A stretch of 64,000 bases of DNA from a virus (IMGVR_UViG_2627853766_000003), one strand, 5' to 3'. Numbered from the stretch's first letter, positions 10,290-19,974 are shown. The notes: generated by a model from the sequence alone, not told the origin. Translations and numbers: made by a program.

Positions 10290-10514
10290 ATGAACACAGA
10301 ATTCATGCTGCTGGCGATTTACAACAAACCACGGCTAAGTATTGACGAGGTATGCGAAGCACTAGGTATCAGCAAGGCAACTGGTTACACGCACCGGTCG
10401 CTAGGAAAATTTGCCGTACCCATGGCGGGCAATCCACTATCCGCCGACATACGGGACGTTGCCGAGGCGATTGATCGGCTAAGGGAAGCAGGGAAAGACG
10501 CTGCTGCGCACTAG
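10290..10514 (+). CDS. PrtN-like/excisionase-like DNA-binding protein
   Basis: MNTEFMLLAIYNKPRLSIDEVC...ADIRDVAEAID resembles the pyocin activator PrtN family. Confidence 0.65.
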   Translation: MNTEFMLLAIYNKPRLSIDEVCEALGISKATGYTHRSLGKFAVPMAGNPLSADIRDVAEAIDRLREAGKDAAAH

Positions 10515-10532
10515 ATGGTAGTCGCTCATACC

Positions 10533-10566
10533 AAGCCGGGAAGACCGAAATTTTCCCGGCTTTTTG
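10533..10566 (+). terminator. Rho-independent terminator
   Basis: AAGCCGGGAA-loop-TTTCCCGGCTTTTT. Confidence 0.75.
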
Positions 10567-10647
10567 CCTGTCGTTACAGATAAATTACGGGAAACTTCTC
10601 TGGCGTCGATCAGATATTGACATAGAAGCCCTGGAAAAAACATCACT

Positions 10648-13600
10648 TGTATTAGTTCAAACTCGAACTGACACGTCATGTCCGATGCGATCGACTGCAA
10701 ACGACCCATTGCAGAAATTGGCAATCTCGACTTGCCTAGCACCAGGCCGACGTTCACACCTTATAGAAGCTGCTCGCTACCCCATCCAAGTGTCCATGGA
10801 CCGAACTCCGCCAACCACCTCATTGTCCAAAGCTATCCATGCTGGTTCACCGCCGCAATTTGCGTCGGGCGGACCAAGTCCAAATATCCGGACTGCCCGA
10901 TCGAGGCCAGGAAACTCACGAGTTCCTCCACACGTTTGACTGTTGCGGTTGTGCCACGTGATTGGCCAGCCGTTAGGAGCGCTCGAATTGATTGATCTTG
11001 ACCTACGTAGACCCACGGTTCAACGTTTTGATTCGTGAGCAACTTCTCTAGGACCTCGACAGCGCGATCCACATGTGTTTCACAAACCTTGGCAAGCCAC
11101 GCCACAACGTTGTATGCCGGCTCCGGGACGAACCCTGAGCGCAACATCCTGAGTAGTCGGTCAAAGAGCCAAGTGAGGTCGATTTGATGGTTCTCGCACC
11201 ACAGCCCGATTGAACCGAGTTCTCCCTCAAAGTGGGCACGCTCGGTTGCAACCTCGCTAGCGGCAAGCCGACTGTCCCAAAAGGCCAGCACCCGCGTCCG
11301 CTGCAAATCCGGGAAGTCAGTGGCAGGTTTCTGCAAGTTCCTACCTAGCGCCCACATGACATGTTGGCGAACCTTCCCTGGTGCCTTGATCAGGAAGGAG
11401 TCAAGCAACCCGCCAGATTGAAGATCGAGATATTCGTTCAGATAGAGAATAACCAGGTACTCGCCAAGGCGATTCTGTCGGTACCCTTTGCGATCGTTGG
11501 GCGTGTCAGCAATGAGTCCTATCTCATGCACATAGTCGCTGCGCAGATCGTCAAGCTTTGAACCAAGTGGCCCACCGTCATGAAGAAGGTGGCTAAGCCA
11601 TGCAGCGCGCCGCAACTGCTGATCGGATCGTGCAAACATTGGCACCATGTTTTCGGTGAGCCAGCTCTCTCCAAAATAAAACAGCCACCCTAGATAGCGC
11701 CCCATGATCGACCGCGGGATGCGACCGTTTGGTGAGCAATCCCGAAGTTCAGTCTCTAATGCAGCCATGACCGGCGGCGTCAGTGCGAGAGCTTCGCGCG
11801 GCGTGCTCGCATGCGTCGATCCCGCTTCCTTGCTCAGCCAAAAGATCAACAGTATGCAAAGTTCAATGGCAGCCCCTCGCAAAGTTGTTTCCGAAGCGAA
11901 GTACGGGTCCCTCTCAAATCGCTCTTCAAAGTCGTCAACCTCGGGCGCCTGAGGTGCGTGACGATGAAGTGTTAAGAGCAGGTCCTGAACTGTTTCCTTG
12001 TGTTCAAAACCTATCCCAGCGGCGCCACGCCGCAAGCCTGCCTTCAGGAGCTCGCCCCCGGCTGCGCAGGCCCAATGCCATGTCGGATCGTCGCCTTCGG
12101 CAATCGAGGCCGAAGCAATTGGCTCATTCAGGCGGGAAAATGTTAGACCGAGCAACTGTAGAACCGAGGTCCATGGGAAATCGCGCTGATTTCTTGTCGC
12201 ATCGCTCAACCCATCAAGCAATCGATGAACGTAGACGGCAGGAAGGTCGGCAAACTGCATGGCCTCTTGCGCATACTTCACCGGGTTCTGGGTCGCGACC
12301 CTCATTAGCTCCTGAGCAAGAGCTGTTATAGTCTGACGCCGCGGCTCATGGCGGGGCTGCCAGTCACGCAGGAATGCGACGATCTCTGCGATGGGCTGCG
12401 ACGCGAAATCTGCTGTTGCCAGCGGGCTTTCTTCCTGTCCAGTCCAATATGCGTTCCGCCAAGCCTCAGGATCGCCAAACTCTGCGACGATTGCATCGAC
12501 CGAGCGCTGTCGATCTGTCGGCAGTACAGCCCGCCAATACCAAAGTGCATCGCGCAACACGTGGGCCGAGAAGATACGCACCTCTTCAGCATTCGGTGGC
12601 TGCTTCGCGCGCTCTTCAAAGCGTGCCTTCCAGCCGTCCATATAGCGCCCTGAAATAGCATCTGCTTGCCCGAGGACTGTCTGCTGATCCGTGGGTGTCA
12701 GCGATGGAAACCAAGCAAGCGCAAGGAGCGCGTACTCGTGCGTGCACCATGGCGCTTCGAGAAGCTCGGCATCCAAGAGCAATGACCTTGCCCGCTCGGA
12801 CGCAGCGGCCGGGTGCTGTGAAAGCAAGAACATTTCCAAGCGGCGAAAGAGCTTTGGCGTATGCTTTCCAAGCACTTCCAAGACAGCCGGCATCTGCAGT
12901 GCGTCGCCGTGGATGATCTGCTCGGCAGAATATCGCACTTGGCACTTCAACGCGTCGTAGATGCTGTAGTTAGCGTTCGAGTCATCCGTAATCAGTCCTT
13001 GATCGTATGACGTAGGATCGAACGCCGGATCATCGCCAGCCTTGCGACTGACCACCGCTTGGTTCAAGAGATCGCTGAACAGTTCTAGGGCTGCCACGCC
13101 AAATGCCGCCGTCAGCACGGGCGTCAACTGCGGCAAGCTGTGCTCATACATGTGCTGTGCATAGAGGCTTGTGGTGTTGCCGTCGTCGCCGAACACCTGC
13201 AGGAGGCGGGCTGCCACCGCTAGCGCCGCAGCGCGCTGCCCCCCGTTTGCGAGTCGCTTTACCAATTGCTCAGCCGGCTGAAGCGTCATGGAGTTGGCAT
13301 CGCGGTCAAGCCATCCGACCGCGACCTCTGCAAGAGACGCGGCTTCGGCGGCCGGAAAGGCGGCGATGATCTCCATACCGCTGCGCCTGACATCGGGGTG
13401 TTTTGAGGGTGCAACATTTCTGACAGCCATCGCAACCTGGTCTCTGACAGTTGCGTCCTCAGACTCCGCCATGCGCCGCAGATAGCTTCCTGCTGGCCAT
13501 TCTCCAAACCGTCCGACGTTGACGCCTGCGCCCGTGAGCTCTGGCAGCGGCGGCCCGATGAGTTTCTGCTGGGCCAGAAAAGGCAACCAATCTGCGGTTT

Positions 13601-14492
13601 GCAGTCTGTGGAAGAAATGCCACTGCAGCGGCATTGCGCTGGGCACTTCTGCTCCGAATAATTTGGCCGCTTGACTTTTGTCGGACATCGCAGCAAGTTC
13701 CTCGACCCGTCGCATGAGCACGCTGTAGCGCCTTTGTAGTGCTACAGCGACGGCGCGGATCACCATCTCGAATGGTTGCTGGGACTTCTTCCGAAAATCT
13801 TCGTCGACCAACAATGACTCGTGGAACGAGTGCTCATGCGCTCTGCCAGCCGTCTTGGACAGCGAAATCCAGGCTTCAGCAACGTCACCGTCAGGTGCAA
13901 GTCCGAGGCTCGCAGCGATTTGACGAATTTGGTTCGCTTGGTTGGTCCGAGGCTTAAGTGCTTCAATCGCTCTTTCGATTGCGGTGTTGTCGAGTCCGAG
14001 TCTTGACAGTTCTTCCCTGGCTTTGATGTGCAGTGGATCGATTGACTCTTCAGCGGGGCGTATCTCCAATGAAGCTTTTAGTGAACGACGCAGTATCCCT
14101 TCAAGCTCACGCAATGCATGAGCGGCGATTGGCCGCGATACGCGCAGCTCGAAGACTCCCAATGCCAAACGGCAAAAGTCGACGTAGCGGTCCGAGATCG
14201 CGCGGCCGAGCAAGCGCTCCAGCAAGTTGGCGGTGTCTTGCTGTTCGGCGCTCAGCTCACTGCTCTCATCAGATTCCGTCATCGATTTGGCCTTGATTCG
14301 GTAGAACTGTCCTGCCGGTGCGATGCCTACACACGTACTTTACAGACGGCCGGCGTTTAAGGATCCTAAAAGCAGTCTAACAACGATGGCTGGTTGTGGC
14401 CGATTACGGACTGGCGGTTAGACGCCCCAAGAATACCCCTTGGATTAGAGTCTGTCTGACATGTAGTGTCAGGTCAAGTCTGAGTTATTACA
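10648..14492. mobile_element. Non-autonomous transposon/mobile cassette lacking a transposase
   Basis: 27-bp imperfect terminal inverted repeats (10648-10674, 14466-14492; 21/27 identical; TGT...ACA ends) flanked by an exact 7-bp direct repeat CATCACT (10641-10647, 14493-14499). Confidence 0.8.
10833..14282 (-). CDS. Large helical hypothetical protein, candidate anti-phage defence protein
   Basis: 1149-aa ORF, sole cargo of the cassette; N-terminal AAHALRELE...GRAHE; long Trp/Leu-rich helical body; no Walker A seen. Confidence 0.6.
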   Translation of the reverse strand: MTESDESSELSAEQQDTANLLERLLGRAISDRYVDFCRLALGVFELRVSRPIAAHALRELEGILRRSLKASLEIRPAEESIDPLHIKAREELSRLGLDNTAIERAIEALKPRTNQANQIRQIAASLGLAPDGDVAEAWISLSKTAGRAHEHSFHESLLVDEDFRKKSQQPFEMVIRAVAVALQRRYSVLMRRVEELAAMSDKSQAAKLFGAEVPSAMPLQWHFFHRLQTADWLPFLAQQKLIGPPLPELTGAGVNVGRFGEWPAGSYLRRMAESEDATVRDQVAMAVRNVAPSKHPDVRRSGMEIIAAFPAAEAASLAEVAVGWLDRDANSMTLQPAEQLVKRLANGGQRAAALAVAARLLQVFGDDGNTTSLYAQHMYEHSLPQLTPVLTAAFGVAALELFSDLLNQAVVSRKAGDDPAFDPTSYDQGLITDDSNANYSIYDALKCQVRYSAEQIIHGDALQMPAVLEVLGKHTPKLFRRLEMFLLSQHPAAASERARSLLLDAELLEAPWCTHEYALLALAWFPSLTPTDQQTVLGQADAISGRYMDGWKARFEERAKQPPNAEEVRIFSAHVLRDALWYWRAVLPTDRQRSVDAIVAEFGDPEAWRNAYWTGQEESPLATADFASQPIAEIVAFLRDWQPRHEPRRQTITALAQELMRVATQNPVKYAQEAMQFADLPAVYVHRLLDGLSDATRNQRDFPWTSVLQLLGLTFSRLNEPIASASIAEGDDPTWHWACAAGGELLKAGLRRGAAGIGFEHKETVQDLLLTLHRHAPQAPEVDDFEERFERDPYFASETTLRGAAIELCILLIFWLSKEAGSTHASTPREALALTPPVMAALETELRDCSPNGRIPRSIMGRYLGWLFYFGESWLTENMVPMFARSDQQLRRAAWLSHLLHDGGPLGSKLDDLRSDYVHEIGLIADTPNDRKGYRQNRLGEYLVILYLNEYLDLQSGGLLDSFLIKAPGKVRQHVMWALGRNLQKPATDFPDLQRTRVLAFWDSRLAASEVATERAHFEGELGSIGLWCENHQIDLTWLFDRLLRMLRSGFVPEPAYNVVAWLAKVCETHVDRAVEVLEKLLTNQNVEPWVYVGQDQSIRALLTAGQSRGTTATVKRVEELVSFLASIGQSGYLDLVRPTQIAAVNQHG

Positions 14493-14562
14493 CATCACTG
14501 CATCATATTTGCATCAAATACGGTGAAAATCCGCATGAAATAACACTTGTCCCTCCAATCCA

Positions 14563-14778
14563 TCACTTGAGAATGAAATCCAGGGTTTCGCGAAGGCCTT
14601 TCAGCACGCCCTGAATTCTATCCTTGGTCTCTCTTGAATATGCGCCATGGGTTTGGGCGTTAAAGCTTACGCGCTCTTTTCCCTCTGCCGTTTTCGGACC
14701 GCTTGATTGCTCCCATGGCTTCCATCTCTGAATCAATTCTGACTGCCTCAACCGTTCTTCCTGTGTCCATTTCCGCAT
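14563..14778 (-). CDS. HGGxSTG-like small protein
   Basis: WKPWEQSSGPKTAEGKERVSFNAQTHG. Confidence 0.7.
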   Translation of the reverse strand: MRKWTQEERLRQSELIQRWKPWEQSSGPKTAEGKERVSFNAQTHGAYSRETKDRIQGVLKGLRETLDFILK

Positions 14779-15310
14779 AACTTCCATCTCCTTCAGTTAA
14801 TAGTTTGTTTTGGATTTCTTGATTTTCTCGTGCGGGCGCGCGCGTCCGGGTAGCACCATTGCCGCCATTGTTGACCTGCACGTTCTGCCCAACATTGGCT
14901 TGCTTGATAAACGTCGCCGCAGCACGAGGGGACTTGATTTCGGAAAGTGCTTCCACTGTCGTGCGACACTGTGACTGTGCCTTCAATGCCAAACGCAGAT
15001 AAACATCCATTGCCCCAGTGTTGGTTCCAATATTTGCTTGCGCTCGCTTCGCTAAATTGTTGAAAATTGCGTTCAATGCGAACGCTTGAGCCCCAAGCAT
15101 TGACTCAAGGCACGATAAATCACCTTTTTCTATACGGGCGGAATACTGATTAGCGACGGCGAACACTTCGTCGAGAGCAATCGGCCCCCACGCGTCCCCC
15201 GAAAATTCTCGTGTAGTCATGGCATTAGAGTCAACAGGATCAAGGCAAATTACGGCAGCCTTGTGGTCACGACTGACGTTTTTATATGCATCAGCGTTGA
15301 GTTTTTTCAT
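14660..15310 (-). CDS. Conserved hypothetical protein of integrative elements
   Basis: LESMLGAQAFALNAIF...LALKAQSQCRTTVEALSEIK.P....FIKQANV..NVQVNNG; ATG overlaps the upstream stop. Confidence 0.7.
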   Translation of the reverse strand: MKKLNADAYKNVSRDHKAAVICLDPVDSNAMTTREFSGDAWGPIALDEVFAVANQYSARIEKGDLSCLESMLGAQAFALNAIFNNLAKRAQANIGTNTGAMDVYLRLALKAQSQCRTTVEALSEIKSPRAAATFIKQANVGQNVQVNNGGNGATRTRAPARENQEIQNKLLTEGDGSYAEMDTGRTVEAVRIDSEMEAMGAIKRSENGRGKRARKL

Positions 15311-15531
15311 AACGACTTCACTTTCTGCCCGGCAGCCGGGAATTTTTGTTTGATTTGATGCATGGCGGCACGCACTGCGTCGAACGCTTGCGCACGCCTC
15401 GATCCTTTGAGCGATGACTTGGGGATGACAAACTCTCCACAGTCGGTGTTCCAATACTCGGCCGATAAGTCGGAGTCACGCTGGCGCTGATAGTCACCAT
15501 TAGCATTGCGGGAGTGTAGCGATTCGCTCAT
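15307..15531 (-). CDS. Hypothetical protein
   Basis: 74 aa; start and stop overlap both neighbours (ATGA coupling). Confidence 0.55.
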   Translation of the reverse strand: MSESLHSRNANGDYQRQRDSDLSAEYWNTDCGEFVIPKSSLKGSRRAQAFDAVRAAMHQIKQKFPAAGQKVKSL

Positions 15532-16262
15532 ATCGATCTACTGGCTACGTAGTTGGCAACCTTCTTTGCTAGTTCTGCACGCTGCTGGCGAGCAATCTCA
15601 GCATCAGTCGGTATTGCGGCCCGATTGGCTTGGCGTTGAGCATCCAGATCAGCCAGCAGTTTTTTAACCTTCCCTAGTTGCTCGCGTACGCTAGGATCAT
15701 CTCCTTGCACTTTCTGCTCAGGTGGGGCCAGAAGCGCGGCGACGACAGAAGCAGGCAACCGGCTGGTGCGCTCGGCCGCTTGTAACGCCAGGACTTTGCG
15801 GCTCTTATCATGCCCCTCAGAGACGATCCAAGCTGGGGCGCGCATCTGGAACCTGGCGACGTCAATCAAGCGTTGATACGCCTCAATGAATGCCTTGCGA
15901 GCGCTGATTGCGCCGCTGCTGTCAAGCACCGGCCTGGCAATGGCGAAGGCTTCTGCCATTTCCTGCGTCCAGACAATCGTTTCATTCTCATCGGTGCTCA
16001 ATAAGGACAGCGCCCAAGCTTCTTCCGCAGCCGGACGGCCATCGAGCAGCTTGCAGCGCTTGACGATACCAGCAGGCTTCGGCTCGAACGTGCCTTCGTC
16101 GTTGATGTAGGACGCGAATCCAGCAGCCACAACGCGTAACGGGTAGGGCGAGAGGGATTTCCACCACGTTGCTAGCATCGACGTCTCAGGTAACGGCTTT
16201 GCGTATTGCGCCATGCAGTCCTTGAGTAGCTCAAAAAACTGAGTCTTCTCGTCATCAAGCAT
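15528..16262 (-). CDS. Phage replication accessory protein (P-like/helicase-loader position)
   Basis: Coupled to the upstream initiator; WWKSLSPY.L...PKPAGI...DGRP.AEEAW motifs. Confidence 0.65.
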   Translation of the reverse strand: MLDDEKTQFFELLKDCMAQYAKPLPETSMLATWWKSLSPYPLRVVAAGFASYINDEGTFEPKPAGIVKRCKLLDGRPAAEEAWALSLLSTDENETIVWTQEMAEAFAIARPVLDSSGAISARKAFIEAYQRLIDVARFQMRAPAWIVSEGHDKSRKVLALQAAERTSRLPASVVAALLAPPEQKVQGDDPSVREQLGKVKKLLADLDAQRQANRAAIPTDAEIARQQRAELAKKVANYVASRSI

Positions 16263-17226
16263 GACTTGGCTCCATGTCGATGGTCATCCCATCATCAAGC
16301 GGTCTGCAGCCAATAGCCAAAAATTCAGCCATGACGCGAGCGTTGGTTTGCTCGATGGTTTCGCCAATGGGGCGTGTCACAGATAACGTACCTTGATCGC
16401 GTTGGATAACCAACGTGCCCCACTTTTCACGGAGTTTTCCCGGCGATAGAATGTTGGCACACCAGAACGAACTCTGCTTCGACCACTGGAACAGTTCGCA
16501 GATGTCGCGGTGGCTGCGATTATCGATTTCACGCATCAGACGTACATCGTTCGCCCATGTTTCCCAATTCGGTTCCTTCGTCGTCGCGTCGACCTTGAGC
16601 ACCAACTTAAACATCCAGCGTGCTGCACTATGATCTTCTTCGGTCCCGTGTTTTTTCTTCGATGGCACGGCGACCGTTGGCGCGGTAGTGTCGACGTTTC
16701 TCTGCTCTTGCTCTTGTTTCTGCTCCTGCTCCTGTTCTTGGCTTACAAGGGGCTTGTAGGGGGCTTCTAATGCGGCATTGATGGGACTTTCTAAATCGCG
16801 CATTTCACTCATATTAAAAATCCCCGCGTACTTCTCGTAAAACCCGCGTAAATGCTGGTTCTTGGGTAGATCGTTATAGTCATTCTGAACACCCAAACAC
16901 CGCTTATCCTCGGGCTTTAATGGCTTTAATTTCTCGGAAATCTGATATGCGGCCATCTCGTAGACCCATACCATCTCAGCCTGATGATCGTAGGCGCAAA
17001 ATCCGGCTTGCATGGCGCATTCAAGTCCCTTGGTAGCCCCCTCTAAGCCCAGGCCAGTCTCGTGAGCAATAATGTTAATGGGAAGATAGTAGAGGCCAAG
17101 CATGTTTGCGTTCGGGGCCGTCATGAGATACATGCCGACAATAAGCGCCTCCACGCCTTGCTTACGTAAAGCTTTGCCAGTCGTTCCTATCCAAAACTTA
17201 GGGCTAACTTTTGAGTAGTTACGCAT
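16255..17226 (-). CDS. Phage replication initiator, lambda O-like C-terminus
   Basis: MRNYSKVSPKFW N-terminus, QEQEQ linker, WANDVRLMREID...FWCANILSPGKLREKW. Confidence 0.8.
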   Translation of the reverse strand: MRNYSKVSPKFWIGTTGKALRKQGVEALIVGMYLMTAPNANMLGLYYLPINIIAHETGLGLEGATKGLECAMQAGFCAYDHQAEMVWVYEMAAYQISEKLKPLKPEDKRCLGVQNDYNDLPKNQHLRGFYEKYAGIFNMSEMRDLESPINAALEAPYKPLVSQEQEQEQKQEQEQRNVDTTAPTVAVPSKKKHGTEEDHSAARWMFKLVLKVDATTKEPNWETWANDVRLMREIDNRSHRDICELFQWSKQSSFWCANILSPGKLREKWGTLVIQRDQGTLSVTRPIGETIEQTNARVMAEFLAIGCRPLDDGMTIDMEPSHA

Positions 17227-17662
17227 CTACGACTTTGTCCATGGCGGCATTAGTTGCGAACATGTCGGCCTGCATCAGATTAATGCCCGCCTTTTCCAGC
17301 ACATACAATGCGACGCTGGCATGTAAATACCCGTCGGAGTCCACAGCAGTTACGCGTGCAGTGGAAATTGAATGCCCAAGCTTGCGAAGCTCCTTAACAC
17401 GAGCGCCGCTATGTGATATGTCTTTGGCGCGAAGGTTGTAGGTCGTTTGTCGACATATCCCCAGTAACTCCAATACGCGAGTGCGCCGGTCTTCTGCGCT
17501 GTTGGACCGTCTCCACAAAATACAGGAGGCTGTACTGGCGGCGGATAACGAGGTATGATTTAGAGATGCTGTGTTCTTGGAAGCCGTGTTCTCTTGGTCG
17601 GGGGCGACGGCTTTTATTTTTTTACTCGGTGGATTCCTATTCATGCGGAGACTCCGGCGCAC
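17219..17662 (-). CDS. Winged HTH protein (start uncertain)
   Basis: RVLELL...TTYNLR...ARVKELRKLGHSIST...H..VALYVL. Confidence 0.65.
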   Translation of the reverse strand: MRRSLRMNRNPPSKKIKAVAPDQENTASKNTASLNHTSLSAASTASCILWRRSNSAEDRRTRVLELLGICRQTTYNLRAKDISHSGARVKELRKLGHSISTARVTAVDSDGYLHASVALYVLEKAGINLMQADMFATNAAMDKVVDA

Positions 17663-17859
17663 CGTGCGATAAATGCATCGATCTCATCCGCATCCCACGC
17701 CGTGACCCCTTCACTCAACTTGAACGGTTTTGGAAATCCGTTTTTTTCCTCTCGCAACCAGCGCCAGATTGTTGCAGGACTCACGGGAAGTTTACCTGGT
17801 TTGCCTTTTGTGCTTGCCAGTTCACTGAGTCGGATAAATTTACATTTTCGTTTTGACAC
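17641..17859 (-). CDS. AlpA-family regulator/excisionase
   Basis: LPVSPATIWRW...FPKPFKLSEGVTAWDADEIDAF. Confidence 0.85.
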   Translation of the reverse strand: MSKRKCKFIRLSELASTKGKPGKLPVSPATIWRWLREEKNGFPKPFKLSEGVTAWDADEIDAFIARCAGVSA

Positions 17860-17915
17860 AATTCAATCCTTGAAAACACGCCTTAGCGCAACGGATTGAA
17901 CTATGATTTGACTCA

Positions 17916-18548
17916 CTAATTTTGTGAATGCTTTCTGCCCGCAGGGTGTAATTTGTCCCAAGACAATATTTTGCGGTAAATCACTATATATGTAAGTATG
18001 CTCATTCTCTGATCAAGCACAGCGCGGGCAGCTGAAGCGGCATTTTTAAATTTTAGCCTATGTAATTTATACCATGCGTACAAATCATCTTCGAGCGCAT
18101 GATTCTCTTGGTGGGACGCGTATGCGGCTCGTGCCGAAGAAGCAGAATTAGAGAATTTTTTGTTGCCTGCATAGATTGCTCCCTGCAATAGACCTAGCAT
18201 ACGATTGGCCTCGGCAGCATTGCGCCAAGACTCGTAACTGTTTTCTCTTCCCTTAATGGCCTGCACGGCAAATGCACATGACGCTACTAGTAGCCCCAGT
18301 CGTATGGCTGCGATTCTGATTTTAACTGGCTTAGATTTGCAGCTTTCCTCAATATCTAGCATTACTTCCAGCTGAGATTCGCCGGTTATGTCATCAGCCA
18401 AACAACGTTGTACAAACAATTCGTAAAAATTTTGAGATTCGTCAAGTTTCAATGTTTGATGAAACGAATCCAGTGTACCTAAGATGGCTGCTGCGAATGT
18501 TTTTGACGACTGCTCGTCATTTGGTTTTTGACTTCTGAGCTCTTCCAT
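17916..18548 (-). CDS. Hypothetical protein downstream of the integrase
   Basis: AT-rich ORF between int and alpA. Confidence 0.55.
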   Translation of the reverse strand: MEELRSQKPNDEQSSKTFAAAILGTLDSFHQTLKLDESQNFYELFVQRCLADDITGESQLEVMLDIEESCKSKPVKIRIAAIRLGLLVASCAFAVQAIKGRENSYESWRNAAEANRMLGLLQGAIYAGNKKFSNSASSARAAYASHQENHALEDDLYAWYKLHRLKFKNAASAARAVLDQRMSILTYIVIYRKILSWDKLHPAGRKHSQN

Positions 18549-18579
18549 ATTTTTCTCGATAATTGCCACCGAACTGTTA

Positions 18580-19800
18580 TTAGTTCGCAGCTCGAAGTGA
18601 CAGAACATCTGCACCCATACGCAATTTGTCGAGGTAATTTGACCATCGTTGCATCATTTCTCGTCGGGCCGGTAAATGCGCCGTGCGATTGTAGGCGCGA
18701 CCGTTCGGGTCTTTTACCGCGTGTGCTAATTGATGTTCTATCAAATCTATCCGTTCGCCCAGCACTTCATCCATGATTGTGCGAGCCATTGCCCGGAATC
18801 CATGTCCCGTCATAACTTCTTTGCTGTAGCCCATGCTACGTAATGCCGCGTTGACGGTGTTTTCGCTCATGCAGCGTTCGCCGGTGCGAATGCTTGGGAA
18901 AACGTACTTGCCGTGTCCGGTCATAGCTTGCATGTCACGCAGTATCTCGACCGCCTGCGTCGATAGCGGCACCAGGTGGTCGATTTTCATTTTCATTTTT
19001 TCGCCTGGTATGCGCCACTCTGCTGCATCCAGGTCAATTTCCATCCACACTGCTGACCGCAGTTCTCCTGGACGCACAAACAGCAGCGGGGATAATTTCA
19101 GGGCTGCTACGGCATAAGGATGTCCGGTATAGGCATGGATCGAACGCATCAACTCTCCAGCCTGTTTCGGCTCTGTAATGGCAGCATAGTGGGCTTTCGG
19201 AACAGCGGACAACGCGCCGCGTAGGTCTGCCGTAACGTCGCGTTCTGCTAGACCAGTGGCAACGCCGAACCTAAACACTTGGCCGCATATCTGCTTGATC
19301 TTGTGCGCCGACTCAATAGCTCCGCGTGCCTCTATCTTGCTTAGCGCCGCCAGCACGTCCTTTGGCTTGATATCGGAGATTGGCATGGAACCGATGAAGG
19401 GGAAGATGTTCCGTTCCAGCCAAGCCGTATTTTTTTCTTGGGTGCTTTCGGCGCGATTTGCCGCCGTCTTGCCAAGCCACGTGCGCGCCACTGTTTCAAA
19501 AGTGAATGCGGCCGCCGCGATCTTGGCTTGTTTATCGTCGCGCTTGGCTTTGCCAGGATCGATACCTTCCGCCAGCAACTCGCGGGCCTCATCGCGTCGT
19601 TTTCTGGCCTTGGCAAGCGACACAGCAGGGTAGACGCCCAGCGCCAGCGTTTTTTGCTTGCCGGTGAAGCGGAAGTTCATGCGCCAGTATTTCCCGCTCG
19701 CGTTCACTAGCAGATATAGCGCTTGCCCGTCGGCGTGTTTGTCGCCAGCCGGTGCACCGCTGTGTTTTACCTGTCGAATGAATGTGTCTGTCAGTGCCAT
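18580..19800 (-). CDS. P4-family tyrosine integrase
   Basis: MALTD..., arm-binding domain (DGQALYLLV..SGKYWR...LALGVYPAVSL), RPGE, HGFR, QLAH, AYNR. Confidence 0.95.
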   Translation of the reverse strand: MALTDTFIRQVKHSGAPAGDKHADGQALYLLVNASGKYWRMNFRFTGKQKTLALGVYPAVSLAKARKRRDEARELLAEGIDPGKAKRDDKQAKIAAAAFTFETVARTWLGKTAANRAESTQEKNTAWLERNIFPFIGSMPISDIKPKDVLAALSKIEARGAIESAHKIKQICGQVFRFGVATGLAERDVTADLRGALSAVPKAHYAAITEPKQAGELMRSIHAYTGHPYAVAALKLSPLLFVRPGELRSAVWMEIDLDAAEWRIPGEKMKMKIDHLVPLSTQAVEILRDMQAMTGHGKYVFPSIRTGERCMSENTVNAALRSMGYSKEVMTGHGFRAMARTIMDEVLGERIDLIEHQLAHAVKDPNGRAYNRTAHLPARREMMQRWSNYLDKLRMGADVLSLRAAN

Positions 19801-19906
19801 GAAACCCTCGGTGTTGGTATGTCGTTTAGCACTTTTGAAAGGTACCAACAAAAATACCTATAAATTGTTGGTATCTCATGGTATCGGGTGAAACGGCTTG
19901 AGACAA

Positions 19907-19942
19907 CAAAAAACCCGCCATGCTTGGGAGCATGCGGGTTTT
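19907..19942 (-). terminator. Terminator downstream of the tRNA remnant
   Basis: AAAACCCGC-CATGCT-TGGG-AGCATG-CGGGTTTT inverted repeat with A run on the plus strand. Confidence 0.7.
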
Positions 19943-19974
19943 GAGAGTGCTTGATACTGCATGAAACGTGTTCC

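Noticed and set aside
16700-16745. Short tandem repeats as a separate element (also 30985-31017 and 40305-40400)
   Set aside because: They encode low-complexity linkers (QEQEQ, GKGKG, APAAA) in replication and scaffold proteins; the first two may double as origins but this cannot be shown here.
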